Positions 9,571 to 19,131 of a stretch of 64,000 nt of DNA are shown here, one piece after another. Where the stretch lies: contig DATAHN010000110.1 in assembly GCA_036263155.1 (NCBI GenBank), positions 520 through 64,519 of the forward strand. The letters are read 5' to 3'. Every line of letters starts with the position of its first letter. Position 1 is the stretch's first letter. Made by a program: the position numbers and the translations under genes. The notes beneath the pieces were generated by a model that was not told the origin of the DNA, did not search any database, and saw only the letters and a list, made by a program, of their open reading frames with translations. The stretch is from Gammaproteobacteria bacterium (GTDB lineage: Bacteria > Pseudomonadota > Gammaproteobacteria > Natronospirales > REEB76).

Positions 9571-10047
9571 TCAGCGGGCGATGATGGGATGGAGGGTGTG
9601 GGGGAAGCGGTGGCGGTTGTCGAGGCAGAACTCCAGCCACTTGTGCAGCAGGATGTTCAGGGTCCAGCGATGCTCCAGCTCGGAGCGCGCCGGACGCCAC
9701 AGGCCCTGCAGGGCGGCGTGGCGCGGGTTGCCGGCGCAGCTCACCGCCTCGGCCAAGCGGGCGTCGTGGTACACGCGTACCGCCAGGTCCGGGTCTGCCA
9801 CGCTGCCGGCGGTGCCGTCGAACCAGTATGTCAACTGCATGACGGTGGTGTAACGCGAGCGCTCCTGCACGCTGAGGTACAGGCTGAGGTCGGTGGCGCT
9901 CGAGGACACGGCGTGCTCAGGCACACGCCTCAAGTTCCCGAGCAGCTGCTTCATGCGCACGTGGTTGGTCTCGTACAGGGTCATGAGCCCCGCGAAACTG
10001 CGGGGCCGCACCAGGCGCACATGTTGTTCGATGGTTTCGACGAACAT
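9571..10047 (-). CDS. DUF1249 (YqiB-like) protein
   Basis: 158 aa. Blocks ERSRYTTVMQLTYW and VRVYHDARLAEAV resemble my recollection of E. coli YqiB (ESTRYTT.. / VRLYHDA..AEV). Confidence 0.8.
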   Translation of the reverse strand: MFVETIEQHVRLVRPRSFAGLMTLYETNHVRMKQLLGNLRRVPEHAVSSSATDLSLYLSVQERSRYTTVMQLTYWFDGTAGSVADPDLAVRVYHDARLAEAVSCAGNPRHAALQGLWRPARSELEHRWTLNILLHKWLEFCLDNRHRFPHTLHPIIAR

Positions 10048-10107
10048 GCTTCGACTATATCATAGGGGTCAAGCGCCCTAAGCTTGGCAAACCGGCGCGC
10101 AGGGTGC

Positions 10108-11748
10108 ATGATGTCTTTTCCCGCGATCCCCACCTCCCCCTTCGACGACCAGCGCCCCGGCACCGCCGGCCTGCGCAAGCCCGTGGCGCGCTTCCGCGAG
10201 CCGCGCTACCTCGAGAACTTCATCCAGTCGGTGTTCGACTGCGTGCCCACGCTCAAGGGCGGCGCCCTGGTGGTCGGCGGCGACGGCCGCTACTGGAACC
10301 GCGAAGCAATCAACGTGGTGCTGCGCATGGCGGCGGCGAACGGCGTGACGCGCTGCGTGGTGGGGCGCCGGGGCCTCCTCTCCACGCCCGCCGCTTCGCT
10401 GCTCATCCCTGAAGTGAAGGCTGCCGGCGGGTTCATCCTGACAGCCAGCCACAACCCCGGCGGACCGCAGGGCGACTTCGGCATCAAGTTCAACCTGGAC
10501 AACGGCGGCCAGGCCTCCGAGGCGCTGACCGAGGCGGTCTATGCCCGCACCCGCGCCATCGAGCGGTACTTCATCGTGCCGGAGGAGTGCCGCGTGGACC
10601 TCGAGCGCTTGGGGAAGCAGGCCTTCGCCGGCATGGATGTGGAGGTGGTGGATCCGGTGGCCCACTACGCCGCGGTGATGCAACGCTGTTTCGACTTCGG
10701 GCGCATGCGCGCCTTGCTGAAGGACGGCCGCTTTAGCATGCGCTTCGATGCGCTGAGCGCCGTCACCGGTCCTTATGCCGTGGAGATCCTGGAACGCCAG
10801 CTCGGCGCACCGGCGGGCACGGTGCTGCACGGCGAGCCGCTCATGGACTTCGGCGGCGGCCATCCCGACCCCAACCCCCATGACGCGCGCGCCTTCGTGC
10901 GGATGTTCGAAGGCGCCGCCTCGCCGGACTTCGGCGCGGCTTCCGACGGCGACGGGGACCGCAACATGATCCTGGGTCCCGGGGTGGTGGTGTCGCCGGG
11001 TGACAGCCTGGCTCTGCTCGCGGCGAACGCGCATCTGGTGCCGGGTTACCGCGACGGACTCGCGGGCCTGGCCCGCTCCATGCCCACGAGCCGCGCCGCG
11101 GACCGGGTGGCGGCGAAGCTCGGCATCCCCTGCTACGAGACGCCTACGGGCTGGCGTTTCTTCTGCAACCTGCTGGATGCGGGCAAGGTCACGCTCTGCG
11201 GCGAGGAGAGCTTCGGCACCAGCAGCAACCACGCCCGCGAGAAGGACGGCCTGTGGGCGGTGCTGTTCTGGCTGGATGTGCTGGCGGCGCGGCGCGAACC
11301 GCTGCCGGCGATCCTCAAGGCCCACTGGGCCGAGCACGGCCGCGACTTCTTCATACGCGAGGACTACGACATCCCGGACGCGGCCCAGGCCGCGCAGGTG
11401 ATGAAAGAACTGGAGGCGGTGTTGCCCAAGCTGACCGGCGCTTCCGTGGAGGGCCTGCGGCTCGCCTCGGCTCTCAGCTTCAACTACACGGATCCGGTGG
11501 ACGGCAGCGTGAGCCGCAACCAGGGCATCCAGGTGCACACCCAGGACGGCGCGCGCATGGTGTTCCGTCTCTCGGGCACCGGCACCCGTGGCGCGACGCT
11601 GCGCGTGTACCTGGAGAAGCACGAGCCGGATGCCGCCAAGCAAGGTGCGGCCGCGAAGGCCGCCCTCGCCTCCCTCTCCGCGGCGGCGCGCAAGCTCACG
11701 CGGCTGGAAGAACTCACGGGGCTCAGGGAGCCCAGCCAGACGACCTAG
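10108..11748 (+). CDS. pgm: Phosphoglucomutase, alpha-D-glucose phosphate-specific (PGM1 type)
   Basis: Active-site TASHNPGGPQGDFGIKFN. N-terminal DQRPGTAGLRK matches eukaryote-type PGM1. Start placed at MMSFPAI. Confidence 0.93.
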   Translation: MMSFPAIPTSPFDDQRPGTAGLRKPVARFREPRYLENFIQSVFDCVPTLKGGALVVGGDGRYWNREAINVVLRMAAANGVTRCVVGRRGLLSTPAASLLIPEVKAAGGFILTASHNPGGPQGDFGIKFNLDNGGQASEALTEAVYARTRAIERYFIVPEECRVDLERLGKQAFAGMDVEVVDPVAHYAAVMQRCFDFGRMRALLKDGRFSMRFDALSAVTGPYAVEILERQLGAPAGTVLHGEPLMDFGGGHPDPNPHDARAFVRMFEGAASPDFGAASDGDGDRNMILGPGVVVSPGDSLALLAANAHLVPGYRDGLAGLARSMPTSRAADRVAAKLGIPCYETPTGWRFFCNLLDAGKVTLCGEESFGTSSNHAREKDGLWAVLFWLDVLAARREPLPAILKAHWAEHGRDFFIREDYDIPDAAQAAQVMKELEAVLPKLTGASVEGLRLASALSFNYTDPVDGSVSRNQGIQVHTQDGARMVFRLSGTGTRGATLRVYLEKHEPDAAKQGAAAKAALASLSAAARKLTRLEELTGLREPSQTT

Positions 11749-12566
11749 TAGCGGCGCTTTAAACCAGACTGATGGAGAATGGTCGTCGCTATCTCTTCAA
11801 TCGAAGGGTGAGTCGTATTGATGAAGGGGATACCCGCATTCCGGAACAGGTTCTCCGCCTTCTGCACCTCGTAGCTCACCTGGTCCTGGGAGGCGTAGCG
11901 GCTGTCGGGCCGGCGCTCCTGGCGGATCTGCTGCAGGCGCTGGGGCTCGATGGTGAGGCCGTAGAGCTTGGTCCGGTGCGGCATCAGCGCTTCCGGCAGG
12001 CGGCCCCGGTCCATGTCTTCCTCCGTGAGCGGATAGTTCGCCGCCGAGATGCCGTACTGCAGTGCCAGGTAGAGACAGGTCGGCGTCTTGCCTGAGCGGG
12101 ACACGCCCACCAGTACCACGTCCGCCTCCGGATAGTGCCGCGTGGTGACGCCATCGTCGTTGGCGAGGGCGAAGTTCACCGCCTCGATACGGGTGAGGTA
12201 GGCGGCGTCGTCGGCGTTGGCGTGGGCCTTGCCGGCGGCGTGGGACGACTTCACGCCGAACTCCCGCTCCAGCGGGCCGATGAAGGCGTCGAAGAAGTCC
12301 AGGCACAGGGCCTCGCTGGCGTGGAATTGGGCCCGGAGGTCGTCCTGCACCAAGGTGCTGAACACCACGGGCCGCGCTCCGTCCTCCCGGGCGGTGGCGT
12401 TGATGCGCGCCACGGCGGCGGCGGCCTTCTCGGCGCTGTCTATGAACGGCAGGGTGATCTGGGTCACCCCGGCGCCCTCGAACTGGCTCATGAGGCTGCG
12501 GCCCAGGGCCTCGGCGGTGATGCCGGTGCGGTCCGAGACGAAGAACACGGTGCGCCGGTTCTGCAT
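11745..12566 (-). CDS. ppsR: PEP synthetase regulatory protein (bifunctional kinase/pyrophosphorylase, DUF299)
   Basis: 273 aa. N-terminus RTVFFVSDRTGITAE and P-loop-like GVSRSGKTPT. Divergent from ppsA as in E. coli ydiA/ppsA. Confidence 0.93.
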   Translation of the reverse strand: MQNRRTVFFVSDRTGITAEALGRSLMSQFEGAGVTQITLPFIDSAEKAAAAVARINATAREDGARPVVFSTLVQDDLRAQFHASEALCLDFFDAFIGPLEREFGVKSSHAAGKAHANADDAAYLTRIEAVNFALANDDGVTTRHYPEADVVLVGVSRSGKTPTCLYLALQYGISAANYPLTEEDMDRGRLPEALMPHRTKLYGLTIEPQRLQQIRQERRPDSRYASQDQVSYEVQKAENLFRNAGIPFINTTHPSIEEIATTILHQSGLKRRY

Positions 12567-12610
12567 GGACTTGAGTCTCCCTTCTGATGGTCCGCCCGGC
12601 CCGGGCCAAC

Positions 12611-12638
12611 TTGGGGCCGGCGCCGCTGCCGGTATAAT
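12611..12638 (+). promoter_or_regulatory. Candidate sigma70 promoter for ppsA (TTGGGG-16 nt-TATAAT)
   Basis: Read directly: TTGGGG at 12611-12616 and TATAAT at 12633-12638, 27 nt upstream of the ppsA GTG. Confidence 0.45.
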
Positions 12639-12664
12639 AATGGAATCTCACCCTGGGGAAGACC

Positions 12665-15025
12665 GTGGACCCTCGCTACGTCATCAGCTTCGAAAAACTC
12701 GGCATGGGCGACGTGGACAAGGTGGGCGGCAAGAACGCCTCCCTGGGGGAGATGATCAGCCATCTCTCCAAGCTCGGGGTCTCGGTGCCCGGTGGTTTCG
12801 CCACCTCCGCGGACGCCTACCGCGAGTTCCTGGCCCACGAGGGCCTGGCCGAGCGGGTGAACCGCGAGCTCGCCAAGCTGGACGTGGACGACGTGGTGGC
12901 GCTGGCCGAGACCGGCGCGCGCATCCGCCAGTGGCTGAGCGAGACGCCCTTCCCGCCCGCCCTGGAGAAGTCCATCCGCGAGGGCTACGCAGCGCTCGCC
13001 GGCGGCAAGGACGTGTCGGTGGCGGTGCGCTCCTCCGCCACCGCCGAGGACCTGCCGGACGCCTCCTTCGCGGGCCAGCAGGAGACCTTCCTCAACGTGC
13101 GCGGCGCGGACGAGGTCATCAAGTCCGTCAAGCTGGTGTTCGCCTCCCTGTTCAACGACCGCGCGATCTCCTACCGCGTGCACCACGGCTTCGAGCACGC
13201 CGAGGTGGCGCTCTCCGCCGGCATCCAGCGCATGGCGCGCAGCGACCTCGGCGCGAGCGGCGTGATGTTCACCCTCGACACCGAGTCCGGCTTCGCCGAT
13301 GCGGTGTTCATCACTGCCTCCTACGGCCTGGGCGAGACCGTGGTGCAGGGCGCGGTGAACCCGGACGAGTTCTACGTGTACAAGCCGGCGCTGGCCAAGG
13401 GCAAGTCGCCGATCGTGCGCCGCAACCTCGGCAGCAAGGCCATCATGATGGTCTACGGCGAGGGTGGCGGCAAAGCCGTCAAGACCATCGACGTGCACGC
13501 CGAGGCGCGCGCCCGCTTCTGCATCAGCGACGCGGATGTGCTGGAGCTCGCCAAGCAGGCGATGGTGATCGAGCAGCACTACAAGCGCCCCATGGACATC
13601 GAGTGGGCCAAGGATGGACACGACGGGAAGATCTACATCCTGCAGGCGCGCCCGGAGACGGTGAAGAGCCGCCGCAACCAGAACATCGAGCGCTACGAGC
13701 TGAAGATGAAGGGCCCGGTGCTGGCGGAGGGCCGCAGCATCGGCCAGAAGATCGGCGCCGGCACCGCTAAGGTGGTCGCGGACCTGCACGAGATGAGCCG
13801 CATCCAGCCCGGCGACGTGCTGGTGACGGACATGACCGATCCCGACTGGGAGCCGGTGATGAAGCGCGCCTCCGCCATCGTCACGAACCGCGGCGGACGC
13901 ACCTGCCATGCCGCCATCATCGCCCGCGAGCTCGGCATCCCCGCGGTGGTGGGCTGCGGCGACGCCACGAAGAAGATCAAGGACGGCCAGTCCGTCACCG
14001 TGTCCTGTGCCGAGGGCGATACGGGCTTCATCTACGAGGGCAAACTGCAGTTCGAGCGCCGCGAGATCAGCCTGGCCAAGATGCCGGAAGCGCCGCTCAA
14101 GATCATGATGAACGTGGGCACGCCGGAGCGCGCCTTCGACTTCGCCGGCCTGCCCCACAAGGGCGTGGGCCTGGCACGCCTCGAGTTCATCATCAACCGC
14201 ATGATCGGCGTGCACCCCAAGGCGCTCATCAACTTCGACAAGCAGCCGGCGGACGTGAAGCGCGAGATCAGCTCGCGCATGGCCGGCTACAAGGACCCGG
14301 TGAGCTTCTACGTGGAGCGCTTGGCGGAGGGCATCGCCACCATCGCCGCGGCCTTCGCGCCGGAGCCGGTGATCGTGCGCACCTCGGACTTCAAGTCCAA
14401 CGAGTACGCGAACCTGGTGGGCGGCCGCCAGTACGAACCTCACGAGGAGAACCCCATGCTGGGGTTCCGCGGCGCCTCCCGCTACATCGACCCGAGCTTC
14501 CGGGACTGCTTCGAGCTGGAATGCCGCGCCCTCAAGAAGGTGCGCGAGGAGATGGGCCTCGCCAACGTGCAGGTAATGATCCCCTTCGTGCGCACCGTGG
14601 ATGAGGCACGCAAGGTGGTGGAGATCCTCGCCGCCAACGGCCTGAAGCGCGGCCAGGAGGGTCTCAAGGTCATCATGATGTGCGAGCTGCCCTCCAACGC
14701 GCTGCTCGCCGATGAGTTCCTGGAGCACTTCGACGGCTTCTCCATCGGCTCCAACGACCTGACCCAGCTCACGCTGGGACTGGACCGGGACTCGGGCGTG
14801 ATCGCCCATCTGTTTGATGAACGTAATGACGCCGTGAAGAAGCTCCTCTCGATGGCCATCCAGGCCTGCCGCAAGCAGGGCAAGTACATCGGCATCTGCG
14901 GCCAGGGTCCCTCGGACCATCCGGACCTCGCCCAGTGGCTGATGGAACAGGGCATCGAGAGCATATCCCTGAACCCCGACACGGTGGTGGAGACCTGGCT
15001 GCTCCTGGCGGGCAAGAAGGGATGA
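12665..15025 (+). CDS. ppsA: Phosphoenolpyruvate synthase
   Basis: 786 aa. N-terminal [18 protein letters not shown], phosphohistidine region [22 protein letters not shown]-terminal PEP-utilising domain. Confidence 0.96.
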   Translation: MDPRYVISFEKLGMGDVDKVGGKNASLGEMISHLSKLGVSVPGGFATSADAYREFLAHEGLAERVNRELAKLDVDDVVALAETGARIRQWLSETPFPPALEKSIREGYAALAGGKDVSVAVRSSATAEDLPDASFAGQQETFLNVRGADEVIKSVKLVFASLFNDRAISYRVHHGFEHAEVALSAGIQRMARSDLGASGVMFTLDTESGFADAVFITASYGLGETVVQGAVNPDEFYVYKPALAKGKSPIVRRNLGSKAIMMVYGEGGGKAVKTIDVHAEARARFCISDADVLELAKQAMVIEQHYKRPMDIEWAKDGHDGKIYILQARPETVKSRRNQNIERYELKMKGPVLAEGRSIGQKIGAGTAKVVADLHEMSRIQPGDVLVTDMTDPDWEPVMKRASAIVTNRGGRTCHAAIIARELGIPAVVGCGDATKKIKDGQSVTVSCAEGDTGFIYEGKLQFERREISLAKMPEAPLKIMMNVGTPERAFDFAGLPHKGVGLARLEFIINRMIGVHPKALINFDKQPADVKREISSRMAGYKDPVSFYVERLAEGIATIAAAFAPEPVIVRTSDFKSNEYANLVGGRQYEPHEENPMLGFRGASRYIDPSFRDCFELECRALKKVREEMGLANVQVMIPFVRTVDEARKVVEILAANGLKRGQEGLKVIMMCELPSNALLADEFLEHFDGFSIGSNDLTQLTLGLDRDSGVIAHLFDERNDAVKKLLSMAIQACRKQGKYIGICGQGPSDHPDLAQWLMEQGIESISLNPDTVVETWLLLAGKKG

Positions 15026-15672
15026 GCATCGGCGCCCAGAACCAGTTCGAGGAACACTTCCCGCTCACGGTGCTCCTGAGCCACCACACGGGCGTGGAGA
15101 AGATGAACGCGGCGGTGGCCGCGCTGCTCCACGGGCTGCGCGGACAGTACCTCAAGGACCGTGCCGAGAACGAGGCGCTGTCCGGGACCATCACCACCTA
15201 CGGCGGCTACCAGACTTCCAAGAAGATGATGTTCCTGAACCGTCCGGAGCCGGAGGTGCAGGCACTGCGCGACCAGGTGGTGCAGCCTGGGGTCAAGGCC
15301 TACCTCGAGCGTGTCTACGGCGAGCAAGGCAAGTCCATCCCCACCCGTCTCGTATCCTGGGCCAACATCCTGTGCGAGGGCGACTGGCAGGCGCCCCACA
15401 TGCACCCCAGCACCGGCAACCTCATCAGCGGCGTGTACTACGCGGCGGTACCGGAGAAGCCCGAGCCCGAAGGCTGCATCGAGTTCCTGAACCCGCACCC
15501 GGTGGCGCACCACCACGGCGTGAGCCTGACCCGGCGCATCATGCCCAAGGCGGGCGACCTGATCCTGTTCCCGCCCTACTACATCCACTACGTCTACCCG
15601 TTCCGCGGCGAGGGCGAACGCTGCATCGTCGCCTTCGACGTGATCGTCCAGAACACGCAATTCGTGTTCTAG
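15022..15672 (+). CDS. Putative 2OG-Fe(II) oxygenase-like protein (resembles the 2OG-FeII_Oxy_5 / TIGR02466 family)
   Basis: Start ATG overlaps the ppsA stop (ATGA at 15022-15025). Motifs [15 protein letters not shown] and [16 protein letters not shown] fit the His/His jelly-roll pattern of that family. Confidence 0.75.
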   Translation: MSIGAQNQFEEHFPLTVLLSHHTGVEKMNAAVAALLHGLRGQYLKDRAENEALSGTITTYGGYQTSKKMMFLNRPEPEVQALRDQVVQPGVKAYLERVYGEQGKSIPTRLVSWANILCEGDWQAPHMHPSTGNLISGVYYAAVPEKPEPEGCIEFLNPHPVAHHHGVSLTRRIMPKAGDLILFPPYYIHYVYPFRGEGERCIVAFDVIVQNTQFVF

Positions 15673-15675
15673 CGC

Positions 15676-17517
15676 ATGAGCGCCCGATCCGAAGCCGGCC
15701 ACACCGTCGTCCATAACCCGGCGACGGGAGAGGTGGTGGGCCGCTTCCCGGAACTCTCCGCCGAAGGGGTGCGCGAGGCGATACGCCGCGCCCGCGCCGC
15801 CCAACCCGCCTGGGCCGCCCTGCCGTTCGAGCGGCGCCGCCGTCATATCCTCGCCGCTCAGCAGGCATTGCTGCGCAACATGGACTACGTGGCGCTCGTC
15901 ATCAGCCGCTGCGTGGGCAAGCCGGATGTGGATGCGCTCGCCACCGAGGTCATGCCGACGCTCATGGGCAGCCGCTGGTATGCCCGCCATGCGCGCGGGC
16001 ACCTGAAGCCGCGGCGCTTGCCCGTGGGCTCGCCGCTGTTCTTCAACAAGCGCAGCACCGTGCACCGCCTGCCCTACGGCGTGGTGGGCATCATCTCGCC
16101 CTGGAACTACCCCTTCGGCATACCCATGCACGAGATCGTGCCGGCGCTGCTGGCTGGCAACACGGTGGTGTTCAAGACCTCGCCGGAGACGCTGCCGGTG
16201 GGCGATGAGATCGTGCAGCTGTTCCTCCATGCGGACCTACCGGAAGGCGTGTTCCAGCACGTCAATGTGGATGGGCCCCTGTGCGGGGATCTGTTCCTCG
16301 AACAGGACGGCGTGGACAAGCTGTTCTTCACGGGCTCGGTACGGGTCGGCAAGGAACTCATGGGCAAGGCGGCCAAGACCCTCAAGCCCCTCTCCCTGGA
16401 GCTCGGCGGCAAGGACGCCATGATCGTGTGCGCCGACGCGCCCCTGGAGCGCGCCGCGGGCGGCGCCGTGTGGGCCGGGCTCACGAATGCGGGCCAGTCC
16501 TGTGCGGGCGTGGAGCGCATCTACGTCCACCAGGACGTGTACGCGCCGTTCATGGCGCTGCTCAGGGAGAAGGTGGAGGCCCTGCGCGTTGGCCCGAACC
16601 AGGACGTCGGCGCCCTCTGCACCGAGCGCCAGGCGACGACGGTGCGTGAGCATTGCCGCGAGGCGCTCGCCGCCGGTGCCACGGTGTTCGCCCAGGCAAA
16701 GCTGCCCTTGGGGCTGAACGATCAGTTCATTGCTCCCGTGGTCCTCACCGGCGTGGACCACACCATGAAGGTGATGCACGAGGAGACCTTCGGCCCGGTG
16801 CTGGGCGTGATGCCGGTCAAGGACGACGAGGAAGCCTTGCGGCTAGCGAACGACTCGCCCTACGGCCTGACGGGCTCCGTCTGGACCCGCGACCTCGGCA
16901 AGGGCGTGCGGCTGGCGCGGCGGCTGTCCGCCGGTGCCGTGACGGTCAACGATCACCTGATGTCCCACGGCCTCACGGAGACGCCCTGGGGCGGCATGCG
17001 CAACTCCGGGCTGGGACGCGGCCATGGAGCTTTCGCGTTCGACGAGGTGACCCAGCCCCAGGTGATCGTGGAGGACTGGCTCACACTCGCCCGCCGCAAC
17101 GTCTACTGGTATCCCTACAGCACCGCCGTCTACGACGGCCTCAAGGGCGCCATGCTCGCCCTGTACGGCGAGGGGTGGCGCGAGCGCCTCGCGGGGCTGG
17201 GGCGCTTCCTGCGCATCCTGCCGCGCATGTTCCGCGCCAAGGAACCCGCTCCTCCCCTCCCGCCCGAGTCACCGCCGGTCAAGGCGTTCGGTGAGATGGC
17301 CCAGGGCGAGCGGCTCGGCCAGCTGGAACGTTGGGGCGAAGAGGCCTACGATCGCATGTACGACTCCCGGCGTCCCAGCACCGACTACAGCGAGGCCAAG
17401 GAGAACTTCTACATGGCGATCCAGCTCGCCCGTGAGCTGGGCCGCGAGGACGAGGTGCAGCGCCTGGAGGCGCGCCTCAAGCACATCAAGGACGTGTTTC
17501 GCTCTCAGTTCTCCTGA
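15676..17517 (+). CDS. Aldehyde dehydrogenase family protein with a C-terminal extension of about 140 aa
   Basis: ALDH motifs ELGGKDA (general base Glu) and NAGQSCAGVERIYV (nucleophile Cys). 613 aa against the usual ~480. Starts 4 nt after the upstream stop. Confidence 0.9.
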   Translation: MSARSEAGHTVVHNPATGEVVGRFPELSAEGVREAIRRARAAQPAWAALPFERRRRHILAAQQALLRNMDYVALVISRCVGKPDVDALATEVMPTLMGSRWYARHARGHLKPRRLPVGSPLFFNKRSTVHRLPYGVVGIISPWNYPFGIPMHEIVPALLAGNTVVFKTSPETLPVGDEIVQLFLHADLPEGVFQHVNVDGPLCGDLFLEQDGVDKLFFTGSVRVGKELMGKAAKTLKPLSLELGGKDAMIVCADAPLERAAGGAVWAGLTNAGQSCAGVERIYVHQDVYAPFMALLREKVEALRVGPNQDVGALCTERQATTVREHCREALAAGATVFAQAKLPLGLNDQFIAPVVLTGVDHTMKVMHEETFGPVLGVMPVKDDEEALRLANDSPYGLTGSVWTRDLGKGVRLARRLSAGAVTVNDHLMSHGLTETPWGGMRNSGLGRGHGAFAFDEVTQPQVIVEDWLTLARRNVYWYPYSTAVYDGLKGAMLALYGEGWRERLAGLGRFLRILPRMFRAKEPAPPLPPESPPVKAFGEMAQGERLGQLERWGEEAYDRMYDSRRPSTDYSEAKENFYMAIQLARELGREDEVQRLEARLKHIKDVFRSQFS

Positions 17518-17529
17518 AGGGAGGAAGCC

Positions 17530-17712
17530 ATGGGGAACCTGAAATATCCGACGGAAGGCGGCAGCGGCGGCAAGCGCGGCCATTCCAACATGGAGCACGC
17601 GGTGTATAGCGACGAGCACAAGGAAACCAGCCGGACGCGCCGGCGGCTGGAAGCGAAGAAGCAGGAACGCGAGGCGGTGACGGAGCGCCGCAGCGGCAAG
17701 CGCTGGCGCTGA
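17530..17712 (+). CDS. Small basic hypothetical protein (60 aa)
   Basis: Strong Shine-Dalgarno GGGAGGA 5-6 nt upstream of the ATG. High GC3. Starts 12 nt after the ALDH stop. Arg/Lys-rich C-terminal half. Confidence 0.55.
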   Translation: MGNLKYPTEGGSGGKRGHSNMEHAVYSDEHKETSRTRRRLEAKKQEREAVTERRSGKRWR

Positions 17713-17713
17713 C

Positions 17714-18382
17714 TCAGAACTGGGTGGCGGGGACTTCCTCCAGCACCTCCACGTCGCCGTTCAGCAATAGCTCGTCGTCGTGGGACTCGGCCTTGGCGCC
17801 GTTCCAGTAGTCCACGGCACGGCGCTTCCACTCGCTCATGGAGATAGTGTCCCCCATCACGATCTGCTGGGTGGCCCGGTGCAGCTCGCCGGTGGCGTTC
17901 ACCCGGTACACTTTCTTGAAGTCACCGCGCATGTTGTCGAGCCAGAAGCGCACCGCGCGCGGGTCCTCCGGGATCAGCCATATGCAGCTCATGCGCGAGG
18001 GCAGCGTCACGTAGAGCTGGCGGCGCACCTCCTCGAAGATCATCTCCCGCACCATGCGGGTGGCCAGGAACAGGCTGTCCAGCGTCTCGGCCAGGGTGAC
18101 GACCGGGTCGAAGTGATAGAACGAGAGCTTGGGGTCCTTGGGCTTCTGCTTGCGGTAGAACTCGAGGGCCCTGAGCGCCACCATGTCCACGGTGTAGATC
18201 TCATTGCTCTTGGGGTTGGTGATGCCGCGGCGGGCCACCTCGAAGGCGCGCCAGGAGTTGTTGGGCTCCAGCCCGAACGAGATCCGCGCCCCCTCGAACC
18301 ACTTGGGGGAGTTGTGCTTGTGGATGTGGAAGAACTTCTGGTTCTCGATATGCATGCGCTGACCCCCGGTTCCCGCAGGCAT
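17714..18382 (-). CDS. Hypothetical protein, family not recognised
   Basis: 222-aa ORF (alternative start at 18355, MHIENQ). Non-repetitive, globular-looking sequence with coding-like codon use. No signal peptide or TM segment. Confidence 0.7.
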   Translation of the reverse strand: MPAGTGGQRMHIENQKFFHIHKHNSPKWFEGARISFGLEPNNSWRAFEVARRGITNPKSNEIYTVDMVALRALEFYRKQKPKDPKLSFYHFDPVVTLAETLDSLFLATRMVREMIFEEVRRQLYVTLPSRMSCIWLIPEDPRAVRFWLDNMRGDFKKVYRVNATGELHRATQQIVMGDTISMSEWKRRAVDYWNGAKAESHDDELLLNGDVEVLEEVPATQF

Positions 18383-18487
18383 TATAGGGCTCCGCCCCGC
18401 CCGGCTACATGACCCGGTTCACATTCCGGCCGTCCGCCCCGCCGCTTCGGGTAGAGTGGTGGCAGGATGGGCCGTACGGGTATCCCC

Positions 18488-18841
18488 ATGCTGTACTACT
18501 CGATCAAGCTGGCGCTCTCGGCCATCATCATCGTCGCCGTATCGGAACTGGCCAAGCGCCAGCCCGCCTGGGGCGGCCTGCTGGCCTCGCTGCCGCTGGT
18601 GTCGCTGCTGGCGATCGTCTGGCTCTATGTGGACACGCGCGACACGAGCCAGGTGTCGGCCCTCTCCCTCAGCATCTTCTGGCTGGTGCTGCCGTCCCTG
18701 GCGTTCTTCCTGGCGCTGCCGCTGCTCCTGCGCCAGGGGCTCGGCTTCACCGCCTCGCTCGCGCTCGCCGCGCTGGTGACAATGGGAGCCTATGCGCTCA
18801 TGCTGTCCGGGCTGAAGCGCTTCGGCGTGGACCTGACATGA
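18488..18841 (+). CDS. DUF3147-like small membrane protein
   Basis: About 117 aa from MLYYSIKLALSAIIIVAVSELAKR, with four predicted TM helices. Size and N-terminal pattern fit DUF3147. Confidence 0.7.
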   Translation: MLYYSIKLALSAIIIVAVSELAKRQPAWGGLLASLPLVSLLAIVWLYVDTRDTSQVSALSLSIFWLVLPSLAFFLALPLLLRQGLGFTASLALAALVTMGAYALMLSGLKRFGVDLT

Positions 18842-19131
18842 AACTGAAGGGGATGACCATGGAGAGACGTCACGCTATCGCCCTCGCCTGCCTGCTCGCC
18901 CTCGCCGCCTGCGGCTCCAAGCAGCCTGACGAGGCCGCCACGCCCGCGCCGCCGCCCGGCACCGGCCCGGTGAAGATCTCCAGCGGCAACGCGTTCAGCC
19001 CGCTAGTGCAGGACCTCAACAAGGCGAAGGCGGTGAACGGCAAGGTGCAGGCGCAGGGCCAGGCCACCGATGATGCCATCGAGTCCCAGTCCGGCGCGCC
19101 GGCGGACTCGACCGCGGAGCAGCCGCGCTAG
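18838..19131 (+). CDS. Small lipoprotein
   Basis: ATG overlaps the upstream stop (ATGA). Lipobox LALAAC. 97 aa with a Pro/Ala-rich linker. Confidence 0.65.
   Translation: MKLKGMTMERRHAIALACLLALAACGSKQPDEAATPAPPPGTGPVKISSGNAFSPLVQDLNKAKAVNGKVQAQGQATDDAIESQSGAPADSTAEQPR

Noticed and set aside
8363-9700. N-terminally extended versions of several track ORFs (8363..9700, 19128..20165, 25915..27159, 25560..26153, 38246..38707, 43671..44525, 48211..49191, 26727..27362, 27681..29354).
   Set aside because: The extensions overlap the upstream gene's coding region and are Pro/Arg/Ala-rich. Internal starts give canonical N-termini, signal peptides or ATGA/TGATG coupling. Coordinates were trimmed accordingly.
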